DNA of 47,244 nt from a virus (IMGVR_UViG_3300021440_000036:1-47244), one strand, 5' to 3'. Counted from the first letter of the stretch, positions 37,040-45,704 are shown. Notes: generated by a model from the letters alone, not told the origin. Numbers and translations: made by a program.

Positions 37040-37681
37040 CTATCTGTTCATCAGTTCGAGGATTCCCTCTGTCCCTCTTTCGAGGAACAGCTCATTCACA
37101 TCCCTATCCCTTGGGAGTTGTACTGCTACCGCCGTTTCCAGAGTTTCCGTTATTTTTCTTGCGAAGCTTGTCCCGGCCTTGTCCCCATCCCCCCAGACCC
37201 AGACGGTTACGAAACCGCCGAACATTCGGGGATGATGTTTCTTCCAGTTGCCAGCTCCGCATACCCCGACTGCGGGCAAGCCGAGCTGCGAAAGAATTAC
37301 CGCGTCCAGCTCGCCCTCCGTTACGCATATCTCATCTCCGGCCTCCTGAATTGCTCGGATATTGAATAGCCTTGTCTGGTCTCCGGACTGCCCGAGATAC
37401 TTCGGGCAGTTCGCTTCCTTGCAATCGTGCTTCTCCATGCAGCGGAATCGCAGTGAGTACGGTCCCCTGGGTCCGAGGGCCGGAATTGCCAACCGGCCCT
37501 CGAACTGCTCATGTCCCGAAAGAGGCTCGGCGACGAGCCCGAGGCGAAACTTTCTTGCGGTATCGAGGCTGATACCCCTGTCCAGGAGATACGGCCTTGC
37601 CAGGCCGATGCTTGTCTCGTATCTGCTGACCGCTGTCTCCAGTGATTTCCTCTGCGCGTCTGACAGCGGACGCAAAGTCAA
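37040..37681 (-). CDS. DNA primase, TOPRIM part
   Basis: YL..RGI, CPKY, VTEGELDA, GDGDKAG, DVNE. Confidence 0.88.
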   Translation of the reverse strand: MTLRPLSDAQRKSLETAVSRYETSIGLARPYLLDRGISLDTARKFRLGLVAEPLSGHEQFEGRLAIPALGPRGPYSLRFRCMEKHDCKEANCPKYLGQSGDQTRLFNIRAIQEAGDEICVTEGELDAVILSQLGLPAVGVCGAGNWKKHHPRMFGGFVTVWVWGDGDKAGTSFARKITETLETAVAVQLPRDRDVNELFLERGTEGILELMNR

Positions 37682-37913
37682 TCCCCTCCCGCTTCATCAA
37701 GAGGTCGAATGCAGTGCCTGCCGCCTGGCAGGCATGACAGCAGAACAATCCCTCGTCCAGACTGAGTACCGCCGAGGGGCGGTGCTCCTCATGCACCGGG
37801 CAGAGGATCTTCTGATTGCCCGTCCGATTGGAATCGAACTCCACGCCCAGGTGCTCCAGCACCTGGTTCATCAGCCATGCATGGTCGACCTGCCTGTAGT
37901 CCAGAGCCACCAT
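37509..37913 (-). CDS. DNA primase, CHC2 zinc-binding part
   Basis: CPVHEEHRPS...CHAC..GTAFDLLM.REGIDF..AV. Confidence 0.85.
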   Translation of the reverse strand: MVALDYRQVDHAWLMNQVLEHLGVEFDSNRTGNQKILCPVHEEHRPSAVLSLDEGLFCCHACQAAGTAFDLLMKREGIDFASAVRRAEEITGDSGQQIRDKHRPGKAVSPGQGYQPRYRKKVSPRARRRASFGT

Positions 37914-37987
37914 TCCTCCGCTCTGTCATTCCCTTGGAACGAAGGTGCGGAAATCTCATGTTCTGGCGAAACCTCCGCACCTTCGAG

Positions 37988-38341
37988 TCAGGCCGCATCC
38001 TCGTGATGGAACTCTGCCCTGAAGACCAGATCCTTCCATTCGCGAAATGTCATCAGAACGCCCCAGTCCTCGATGGACTGCTCGCCCAGCCCGTCTGGGC
38101 GGAATACGACGACCGGAACATTGCCCTTGGAGTTGGCGTACGCCTGGCGAAGCCACTCCAGTGGCTTCAATGCACGCCGGGCCTTCACCTCGATCGCATA
38201 TCCCGGAGTGTTCAGGATGTCCACGCCGGGGCGTCCTGCCCCGGCTGTCTCGGCGAACGGCCAGAGGCCGGAGAGTCGCAGGTTCTCTGCGACGACAGCC
38301 TGTGTGCGGTATCCCCGGCTCTTTCGAGATCCGACGGTCAC
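37988..38341 (-). CDS. Holliday junction resolvase-like PD-(D/E)XK nuclease
   Basis: SRK.RG..., GAGRPG.DI, IEVKAR. Confidence 0.75.
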   Translation of the reverse strand: MTVGSRKSRGYRTQAVVAENLRLSGLWPFAETAGAGRPGVDILNTPGYAIEVKARRALKPLEWLRQAYANSKGNVPVVVFRPDGLGEQSIEDWGVLMTFREWKDLVFRAEFHHEDAA

Positions 38342-38568
38342 AGTGTCCACATCCCGAATCCCAGGTGACCCGTGAGCCACACCAGGAATACGACCAGGAC
38401 CCCACGCAGGGTCATGGTCACTGGAGTGTTCCGCTTGTCGCGGACAGAGAACCATTTCCAGACGTGCTCGCTGAGGGTGTCGCCGACCTCCTTGGAGATG
38501 AGCGCCTTGGATTCCAGACCAAGGAACATCAGCACCCAAGCGATCCACCCATAGGTCGAATCGTCCAT
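38338..38568 (-). CDS. Small membrane protein
   Basis: Two hydrophobic helices, GDTLSEHVW.WF. Confidence 0.7.
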   Translation of the reverse strand: MDDSTYGWIAWVLMFLGLESKALISKEVGDTLSEHVWKWFSVRDKRNTPVTMTLRGVLVVFLVWLTGHLGFGMWTL

Positions 38569-39186
38569 TCAGCCCACCTTCTTTTTCTCATCGCCACGCA
38601 GGACGACCTTGAACCGGGACCTGCTCCACTCGTGGTTGATGACGAACCCTTCGGGGAATGCGTACCCGGGCATTGCCCGGGAACCGACAGCGAACAGCTC
38701 GGATCGAACCATCTCGATTCCCTCTTCGAGGTCATCGCCAGTTCCCGTCCAGAGGATGGGGACGACCCCGAGGCCGCGAACTCCGAACTCGCCGAGAGTG
38801 ATATCGGCCCAACGCGTGGCGTTGAACAGGGAGAAGCGCCGATCCTGCTGGACCAGGCCGTATCCACGGTTGATACGGCTGCCCCACCACTCGCCGTAGT
38901 GGCAGCCGTATCCCAGCCTTGCCAGACCTTCGGCGTTTTTCGACACCCACTGCGCGAACTCGTGATTGTCGTTTCCCGGAGCAAGCCAGCGCTTGCGAGA
39001 ACCGGCGGCCACGCCGAACTCCTGGTCGTCGACCTTCGCCCAGGTCACGTGGTAGGGGGCGAGGTCCTTCTCGTCCTGGTTCTTCGTGGGATCGAAGACG
39101 TAGACCAGGCCATTGGTTCCGTCGATCTTCTCGGTTATGTTGATCGGAGTGTTCCATCTCTGGATCTTGCCGAATGCGGGATACAT
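38569..39186 (-). CDS. RNA ligase (nucleotidyltransferase domain only)
   Basis: Motif I TEKIDGTN, GSRKR, YGEWWG, F.LF, PEGFV, FK. Confidence 0.8.
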   Translation of the reverse strand: MYPAFGKIQRWNTPINITEKIDGTNGLVYVFDPTKNQDEKDLAPYHVTWAKVDDQEFGVAAGSRKRWLAPGNDNHEFAQWVSKNAEGLARLGYGCHYGEWWGSRINRGYGLVQQDRRFSLFNATRWADITLGEFGVRGLGVVPILWTGTGDDLEEGIEMVRSELFAVGSRAMPGYAFPEGFVINHEWSRSRFKVVLRGDEKKKVG

Positions 39187-39196
39187 TGCGCTCCTC

Positions 39197-39994
39197 TCAG
39201 TAGTACAGGGCGGGCGACCGGAACGATGCGCGTTCCGGGAGAGCCACCAGATCGAATGACGTCCGACCGGTAGGGTCGGACTTCCCGTTGCGGTGCTTCA
39301 CCGGGGCAATCCTGAAGATGCCCCGGTCCTGGTCGTATGCCACGGTCAGGACGACCTCCGGCAACTGTGTGATCTTTCCTTGGATGTCCCGGCTCGGTTG
39401 AGTCAGATGCGCCTCTGTCGTGGTGCTCTCTGTCGTGTGGTGCAGAATCCATACCGCCGCGCCCGTGACGCGGGCGAGGCGATGCAGTTCATCCATGACG
39501 GAGAGCAGACCCTGATACGATTCGCCCAATCCGTGGTCGACATTCATCGCGTTGTCGACCACGATCAACTGCGGCCATTCGTCCCAGACCTCGACATATG
39601 CGTCGACCTCAAGGGCGATATCGTCGACCGTAGGAGACGAGTCGAAGCAGAATTGGAGTCGACATGAGGAGAGGAACTCCTCGTAGTAGCCTCTGAACGC
39701 CCCTGTGATCGACGAGGACACATCCTCGACAGGATCGCCCGAGAGCACGGCAGCGAGCCGTGTAGAGGCCGTGTGAGGCGCCATGTCGGCACTGAAATAG
39801 AGGGTGGGCAGATTCAGTTTCGCTGCCCACCACATCGCCAATGTCGACTTCATCGCGCCGGGACGACCGGCGACCATCATCAGTTGCCCCTTCCGGGGCC
39901 GGACCCCGTAACCATGCAAGGCTGCGAGGTCCGGCAATTCCGGGAGGGCTTCAGCCGAGACCGCCAGATTGAATGCGCGTCCCGGATGCAGCAT
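39197..39994 (-). CDS. DnaB-like helicase (RecA-fold domain)
   Basis: Walker A GRPGAMKS, YFSADM, LIVVDN, ILHH, VKHRNG. Confidence 0.85.
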   Translation of the reverse strand: MLHPGRAFNLAVSAEALPELPDLAALHGYGVRPRKGQLMMVAGRPGAMKSTLAMWWAAKLNLPTLYFSADMAPHTASTRLAAVLSGDPVEDVSSSITGAFRGYYEEFLSSCRLQFCFDSSPTVDDIALEVDAYVEVWDEWPQLIVVDNAMNVDHGLGESYQGLLSVMDELHRLARVTGAAVWILHHTTESTTTEAHLTQPSRDIQGKITQLPEVVLTVAYDQDRGIFRIAPVKHRNGKSDPTGRTSFDLVALPERASFRSPALYY

Positions 39995-40233
39995 CAGTCG
40001 TTCTTGGCCTCGGGCTCTTCATAGACTCCGCCCGCCACAGCAGCCTGGGCGGACTGACCCTTGCTCGGAATGGCGCTGTGGAAACTGGCGGTCACCGTTC
40101 GGCCAGCCTCAAGCTCCTCCCGGAGACGAGAGACGAACGCCTCGAAAAGTTCCATGTTGTCGTCGCTCTGGCCGCCGTAGCTCTTGATGTCGAGGCCAGG
40201 CAGAACGAAGACGACCTTACGTTCGAGTTCCAT
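39994..40233 (-). CDS. Hypothetical protein
   Basis: MELERKVVF..., coupled to the helicase gene. Confidence 0.6.
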   Translation of the reverse strand: MELERKVVFVLPGLDIKSYGGQSDDNMELFEAFVSRLREELEAGRTVTASFHSAIPSKGQSAQAAVAGGVYEEPEAKND

Positions 40234-40235
40234 GA

Positions 40236-40691
40236 TTACCGCCACGCCTTTCCGGTGCGTCCGTCGATGGGCTTGCACTTCGTCGGGTCGCCCTGCTGCG
40301 CAGGGCACATCCACGCGGACCAGGCGCCATTGCGCCCTGTGCCGCTCTTGAGCGTCCTCTGACCGTGGGGGCACATCTCCATGCCGCCAACACTCTGCTG
40401 GGGCGCCGGAGCCCCCCAGGGCGACGGCATGGCCGCCACCGCGTCCTGCGGACGCGGGGCCGATCCGGTTCCCTCGTGCTGCTGCACGAGGTGCATCACG
40501 ACCGCCTCTTCCGCCAAGAAATGCTGCTGGCAGGCCAGCACCATCGACGGCAGATCCTTTTCCATCTCCACGCCGGGGAACATCCCGGCGAGTTGATCCA
40601 TCAGCTCGGTGGCGTCGGCACCCTTGACGACGATCCAGGCTCCCTGCTGACCGCGACCCTTGATCGTCACGGTGCAGTCTTCAGTCGGCAT
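40236..40691 (-). CDS. Conserved actinophage replication-region protein (possible SSB/annealing role)
   Basis: WIVV.G N-domain, Pro/Ala linker, CPHG...KSG...W.AWMCP...C C-domain. Confidence 0.7.
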   Translation of the reverse strand: MPTEDCTVTIKGRGQQGAWIVVKGADATELMDQLAGMFPGVEMEKDLPSMVLACQQHFLAEEAVVMHLVQQHEGTGSAPRPQDAVAAMPSPWGAPAPQQSVGGMEMCPHGQRTLKSGTGRNGAWSAWMCPAQQGDPTKCKPIDGRTGKAWR

Positions 40692-40935
40692 TGACCAACT
40701 CCAATTCACTCGGCATGCATGGGAGATAGCTGAGAATGTTGTACGGAGGGCATCCGGGAGAAACGTCGAGGACGACCGGGATCTGATCGAAGATCAGGCT
40801 CTGCGGGTCCTCGGCGACAACGCCGAGTAATCCGTTCACCGGCGACTTGTCATGCCCATTCCACTTGACGATCCTGACCCGATCACCAGGGACGAACTTC
40901 GGCGGAGCGAGATCCGCCGAACTGGTAGCAGTAAT
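40681..40935 (-). CDS. Cryptic KOW/SH3-like ORF without a canonical start
   Basis: Open frame ...KFVPGDRVRIVKW...ELELVNAD* fills the gap; ATT at 40935 follows GAGGTG. Confidence 0.4.
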   Translation of the reverse strand: MTATSSADLAPPKFVPGDRVRIVKWNGHDKSPVNGLLGVVAEDPQSLIFDQIPVVLDVSPGCPPYNILSYLPCMPSELELVNAD

Positions 40936-41710
40936 CGCGCACCTCGCAGTAGTTACAGAGCATCGAACTATTCGGCAGGAAGATCTCGTTCTTGACCATC
41001 TTCGCTGCCGTTTCGACGCGATATCTGATGCGATCCGCGGTATCTTTCTTCACTTCGCACGGGAACATTGCTCCCGTGCGATTCATGTAGTAGGCAGCCA
41101 TCCTCGGGAGATTCCCGAACATCTCCTCGACCGCAAGGGCGTAGAGATACAGCTGATCGCAGTCCTTGGGCATGTTCGCCCCGGACTTCAGGTCCACCGG
41201 GAAGATGCCGTTCGGGTTCTCCATGATCCGGTCGATGTATCCGACGACCGGGAATCCGAACATCTCCGTCTCGAACTTCAGCTCGATGGCCGGTTGGCCA
41301 TCCGGAGTGATCCAGATGAACGTGCGCATGTCCTGCGCACGATGGATGTAATTCCGCCAGTTGACGACCATGGATGGCCCATTTGCCAGCCACCACTTGC
41401 GGGATTCCTTCTCCGGCCATTCCTTCGATGCTCGCCCGCTCGCCCGCCAGGAGTCGGGATCTGTACCCGACTCCTGTGCCCTGGCCTTGATCTCCGCCTC
41501 GAACGCTTCGGCGAACGAGACGGGTCCGTCGACCGGGAGACCGAAGTCCTGCTTGTCGAGGGTCTCGGTGGCGGCGTGCACGGCACTGCCGCCCACCAGC
41601 GCCCAGGATGGCGTCCTGGGCACCTTGACGACCCGCTCAAGGCGGAATTTTTCGCCGCATGAAGCGACTGCGGAAATTGCCGAATGGCTGAGATGCCGGA
41701 TCTCGCTCAT
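40883..41710 (-). CDS. Cas4/RecB-like PD-(D/E)XK exonuclease
   Basis: LSHS..C, GSAVH, GYIDRI..VDLKSG, QL.LYA, CNYC...YC; start MSEIRH. Confidence 0.88.
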   Translation of the reverse strand: MSEIRHLSHSAISAVASCGEKFRLERVVKVPRTPSWALVGGSAVHAATETLDKQDFGLPVDGPVSFAEAFEAEIKARAQESGTDPDSWRASGRASKEWPEKESRKWWLANGPSMVVNWRNYIHRAQDMRTFIWITPDGQPAIELKFETEMFGFPVVGYIDRIMENPNGIFPVDLKSGANMPKDCDQLYLYALAVEEMFGNLPRMAAYYMNRTGAMFPCEVKKDTADRIRYRVETAAKMVKNEIFLPNSSMLCNYCEVRDYCYQFGGSRSAEVRPW

Positions 41711-42642
41711 TGCATGTGACGGGCGTAGAAGATCGGCCAGTCGATACCATCGGAGATGGCGTGCCACGTGCGGGCGGGAGTCTTGATCCAGAAGCGATCC
41801 GAGCGAAGCGCCTTGACGACCGTCCAGGTCGGGTAGTTGTCGGGCGGGATCTCATCGGATTCGATGATCTCGATGTTCTCGACCTTGATCCTGTAAGCCT
41901 GCTTCTCGCCTGCGGCCTGGACGAGGACGCCTTCATCGCTGTCGTCGTCCAGGACGACGAGTCCCTCTCCGTCGTCGTCATCGGCGAAGCCGAGGAATGC
42001 GACCCGATCGCCGACCTTCACCTTCATCTTCTCGGGCGCGAGCGCCTTCTCACTCGCGGGGATGATCTGACTGCGCCCGATGACGAGAGCCTCGCCGATG
42101 TGGTCAGCATCGGCGACGATGACATTGCGATACTTGTCGGTACCGAGGTATCCGACGGTACGCGGAAGGCCGTTTGCTCCGTCATTCACGAGCAGTGTCC
42201 CGCAGTCCTTCATCGGGTCTTCCTCGGGAACTGCCATGTGGACGCGCTCAAGCTCATGATTGAAATACAGCGACACAGTCTCATGGAAGTCCGGCAGGAC
42301 ATCCATCAGTCCGGAACTGTGATCCGGGCCGTCCTGGATCGTCCCGAACTCCCACTTCGCTCCCTCGCGCATGAGGCGAACGCGGTCCCCGGGGACGAGG
42401 AACGGAGCCACCATTTCGAGGTACTCGCCCAGCGGAGAGTAGGTCTTCTCCGTGCCGTCTGGCTCACGGACGATGCATCGCACGTACCCATTACAGATGG
42501 CGTCGACAATGCCATGCCAGCCACCGGCGGGGCTCCTCACCAGATCGCCGCAGCGGAATCCGGTCGCAGAACTCACGCCCTTCGACGCGATTCTCTTCTC
42601 GCGGTATCCGGTTTTCACGTGCCGCTCATCGTAGAACTTCAT
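41707..42642 (-). CDS. Protein with tandem KOW/SH3-like modules
   Basis: FRCGDLVR, LVPGDRVRL, VKVGDRVAF. Confidence 0.7.
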   Translation of the reverse strand: MKFYDERHVKTGYREKRIASKGVSSATGFRCGDLVRSPAGGWHGIVDAICNGYVRCIVREPDGTEKTYSPLGEYLEMVAPFLVPGDRVRLMREGAKWEFGTIQDGPDHSSGLMDVLPDFHETVSLYFNHELERVHMAVPEEDPMKDCGTLLVNDGANGLPRTVGYLGTDKYRNVIVADADHIGEALVIGRSQIIPASEKALAPEKMKVKVGDRVAFLGFADDDDGEGLVVLDDDSDEGVLVQAAGEKQAYRIKVENIEIIESDEIPPDNYPTWTVVKALRSDRFWIKTPARTWHAISDGIDWPIFYARHMQ

Positions 42643-42969
42643 CGCCGTCCTTTCCCATGACAGACAGCGCCCATTGGGCGCTACAGGTTTTCAGAGGACT
42701 GCGAGACACCTCCTTCTCGCTGGGAAGAATGTATCACCGCGTCAACAAGAATGCAATATAAGAATGCGACACGCGCATTGTTCTGCGTTTATGTCGGCGA
42801 CACGCCGAGAGGGTGTCAACATCGAGTCATCCGTGGCACACTGGAGGCACGGCCCTGCGAGGCCGGGCGTGTCGTAGGACACGCAAGCGCGGCCTCCCCT
42901 CATGTGGCTCTAAGGGGGGGCCGTGTCTTATGCTCGGGCGCGCCGGTGGTCGCGCTCCGGCAAAACAAC

Positions 42970-43002
42970 GGAGCCCCCTGCGCTGTGGTCACAGGGGGCT
43001 TC
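42970..43002 (-). terminator. Terminator of the repressor gene
   Basis: AGCCCCCTG/CAGGGGGCT stem followed by GTTGTTTT on the minus strand. Confidence 0.65.
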
Positions 43003-43043
43003 GTTGGTTCCGGTCGGTGTCTGTAGCGACCTGGTTGCGCAGC

Positions 43044-43505
43044 TTACACCTTTTCTTCCCAGGGCCGCCAAGGGGCGGCGGGGTCCCTCTCCCACCACAT
43101 ATGCTCATCCACGCCCTCACGGGCGCGGACGAACTCCAGCAGTCCCTCTGCGCGGGGGTTCCACCTGATCACCACCTTGTCGTATCCGTAGTCGTCGGCC
43201 ATCTCCTGGAGTTGACGCTCGACGCGCTCAAGCTGGATCTCCATCTCCTCTCCGAGTTCCAGGCCCATCTCCCGCCGGACGTATGCGCGCACGGCGCGCA
43301 CCTCCTGCGGATTGTTGCCAGCCATCCGCCACCATGGCGGCAGCTTGCGCGCGCGGCACTTGATCTTCCACTGGGACGCGTAGGTGGCGACTGACCTGAC
43401 GGTCAGTCCGCTGATGGCCGCCACTTCGGCGTGGCCGCGTCCCTCCATCAGCGCGTCCCATGCGGCGCGCTGCCGGTCGCTAACAAGATCTTCTCGCGTG
43501 GTCAT
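43044..43505 (-). CDS. Immunity repressor-like protein
   Basis: N-terminal HTH (GRGHAEVAAISGLTVRSV), PPW, C-terminal VIRWNP...FVRAREGVD resembling actinophage repressors; divergent from the recombinase. Confidence 0.65.
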   Translation of the reverse strand: MTTREDLVSDRQRAAWDALMEGRGHAEVAAISGLTVRSVATYASQWKIKCRARKLPPWWRMAGNNPQEVRAVRAYVRREMGLELGEEMEIQLERVERQLQEMADDYGYDKVVIRWNPRAEGLLEFVRAREGVDEHMWWERDPAAPWRPWEEKV

Positions 43506-43601
43506 ACTCGATAACCTACCCGGCATCCGGGTAGTTATCAAGTGGTCACTTTTTACCGGGCAAACGGCCCATCGGACACTGTATAACCGCAGGTCAGAGG
43601 C

Positions 43602-43631
43602 CCATTACATCATGGGCAATTAATGTAGTGG
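43602..43631. other. Putative tyrosine-recombinase core site (attP/dif/lox-like)
   Basis: CCATTACATCA-TGGGCAAT-TAATGTAGTGG, 11-8-11 imperfect inverted repeat. Confidence 0.55.
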
Positions 43632-43709
43632 CAACATCAAGTCAGCAGGTGGTAGGCTTACTGTCCGATCGGGTAGTCATCAAGTCAGACGACGGACCGG
43701 AGGACGATC

Positions 43710-44744
43710 ATGGCGAGACGCAAGACAACCGGCCCCCTCCTCAGTGAGGTGGCCGAGGAGTACATCGCCCACCAAGTCGCACTTGGCAAGGCCAAGTCGA
43801 CAGTCAGCCAGAGGCGCTGGGCTGTCCGCCATGTGCTGCGTATCCTCGGCGAGGACATGCCGCTGGCCGCCATGACGCGCGCCCACATGGACGCCGTCAT
43901 GATCCAATGTGACAACCTCGCCGTTGCGACACGCAATAGCCTGTACTGCACTCTGCGAGGTCTTGTGGCATTCGCCAGGGCGAATGAATACGAGTGCCAC
44001 GACTTCATGTTCGGATACAAGGCCACAACCGCCCCGAGGCGGCGTTACAAGTACATCGACCCGAGCAGATTTATGGACATCATCGAAGCCGCGTCCAATC
44101 CCCATGCCAGGGCATTGGTCGCAACAATGCTCTTCACCATGCTGCGCGGTTGCGACATCCGCAATCTGCGGATGGAGAACCTGGACTGGGATGAAGGACC
44201 GCATGGTTCTCTGCGGATCACCATGCAGAAGACGAAAAAGGAATTGACCATCCCGCTCTCGGCGCTGTACGCCGAGGAGTTGCGGAACTGGGTTCAGATC
44301 CTCACCGATGAGATGATGATTGCTGGCCGCAAGGTCGGCAAGGGAACGATTCTATTCCCCCGCCGGGGCGGGGATCGGTCCGGCGCTGCCGGGAAGCTCC
44401 TAGACTTCGACAAGTCGGTCTCCCGGTTCGACAAAGTATTCGTCCGCGCGGCACGCGCGGCCGGGATTGACCTCGGAGAGGGAGAGGGCGCTCATACTGC
44501 GCGGCGCTCCGCCGCGCGAGCGCTTTACATGAGGCTCGTCAAGACCTCGAACCATTCCCGGGCATTGCAATTCGTGCAGTACATCATGGGTCACGCGTCG
44601 TCGAAGACGACGGAGATGTATATCGGTGTTAGCGAACTGATGGCGGAAGCCACGGCAGTTCTTTCCGACGACCCGTTCGGCATTGAGGAATCACGGCGTG
44701 CGGGCCGTGGTGGAGACAACGTCACGAAGGTGAGTTTCGGATGA
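43710..44744 (+). CDS. int: Tyrosine recombinase/integrase
   Basis: R (MLRGCDI), K (MQKTK), HxxR (HTARR), H (MGH), Y (TEMY); GGAGG RBS. Confidence 0.9.
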   Translation: MARRKTTGPLLSEVAEEYIAHQVALGKAKSTVSQRRWAVRHVLRILGEDMPLAAMTRAHMDAVMIQCDNLAVATRNSLYCTLRGLVAFARANEYECHDFMFGYKATTAPRRRYKYIDPSRFMDIIEAASNPHARALVATMLFTMLRGCDIRNLRMENLDWDEGPHGSLRITMQKTKKELTIPLSALYAEELRNWVQILTDEMMIAGRKVGKGTILFPRRGGDRSGAAGKLLDFDKSVSRFDKVFVRAARAAGIDLGEGEGAHTARRSAARALYMRLVKTSNHSRALQFVQYIMGHASSKTTEMYIGVSELMAEATAVLSDDPFGIEESRRAGRGGDNVTKVSFG

Positions 44745-44944
44745 AGATTCAGATTGACGCATGCGACCAGTGCGAGCGCCCGAGAGGAAATCTCCTTTCC
44801 ATGGAGATTGCCCTCGGAGGGCAGAGCGGGAAAGCACTCCTCTGCGAGGAGTGTGCGCAACCGTTCGTCGCCCTGGCGGGCAAGTTGCTCACGCGTAGGC
44901 GGAGGAAGCCGCCCCGCCCGAGGCGGGTTGTCCTGTCTGAGTGA
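44741..44944 (+). CDS. Small CxxC protein with basic tail (Lsr2-N-like or directionality-factor candidate)
   Basis: ATGA coupling to the recombinase; CDQC...CEEC, RRRRKPPRPRR. Confidence 0.6.
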   Translation: MKIQIDACDQCERPRGNLLSMEIALGGQSGKALLCEECAQPFVALAGKLLTRRRRKPPRPRRVVLSE

Positions 44945-44960
44945 CGAGCAGAGACAGCGA

Positions 44961-44992
44961 AAGAGGGGCACCGCAGAAGCGGTGCCCCTCTT
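44961..44992. terminator. Perfect 14-bp hairpin
   Basis: AAGAGGGGCACCGC AGAA GCGGTGCCCCTCTT. Confidence 0.7.
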
Positions 44993-45016
44993 GGGTTGAG
45001 CGGGTATGATCGTCGC

Positions 45017-45436
45017 ATGAAGAGATGCAGAATCAGAGGAGATGCGGAGAGAGCGAAGATGCTCGGAGCATGGATGAGGTATTATCGACAATTGACCGGG
45101 TACACCCAGCAGCAGATGAGGTCATTTATTGAATGCGACCAGGCGGCGATTTCGCACTGGGAGTGCGGGTCACGCACTCCCGGGATTTTCGTCATTGAAA
45201 GATATGCGAAAATCACGGGCGTCAGTATTGAGGATTTCCTCGTGAGAAGATTTCCCGATCCGACAATGGTTGTGAATGATGCACTCAGAGATCCCCAAGA
45301 TGCACTGCTACGACAAGATCGACTCCGCCTTCAGGCGGAAGCCCGAGCGAGGAACGGAGACGCCTTACCGCAGAGTCGACGGTACCGTCGTAGCAATGGC
45401 CCATGGGAAGGCACAGGAGGGCGCGTAAGGCGCTAA
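45017..45436 (+). CDS. XRE-family HTH regulator
   Basis: R...GYTQQQM.....QAAISHWECGSRTP...IERYA...GVSIEDFL; start uncertain. Confidence 0.75.
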   Translation: MKRCRIRGDAERAKMLGAWMRYYRQLTGYTQQQMRSFIECDQAAISHWECGSRTPGIFVIERYAKITGVSIEDFLVRRFPDPTMVVNDALRDPQDALLRQDRLRLQAEARARNGDALPQSRRYRRSNGPWEGTGGRVRR

Positions 45437-45704
45437 CGTCCTGCCCCTGGTCTCCCAGTGCCAGATCGCCCTTGAACCACTCTGGAGGCAGCTCAGAGGC
45501 TGCCGTCTCGCCGAGCCGTTCAGCGGTCTTGGCGTCCACGAAACCGGTCACGGGGATTTCCTCACGCCGCTGGAATCCCCGGACCGTGAACTCCGTGATT
45601 CTGTCATATGAGCCACTGGCGAGTAGAAACAATTTTCGCTGTACGACCCGCACGTCGGAACCATTCATTCCGACGTGCAGTTCACGCTTGAACCATCTGG
45701 GCAT
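45285..45704 (-). CDS. Stand-alone double peptidoglycan-binding-domain protein
   Basis: Two L..G..G.DV..(V/L)Q/R..L...G.YD..T...VR.(F)Q....P..G.VD units. Confidence 0.82.
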   Translation of the reverse strand: MPRWFKRELHVGMNGSDVRVVQRKLFLLASGSYDRITEFTVRGFQRREEIPVTGFVDAKTAERLGETAASELPPEWFKGDLALGDQGQDVSALRALLCLPMGHCYDGTVDSAVRRLRSSLGLPPEGGVDLVVAVHLGDL

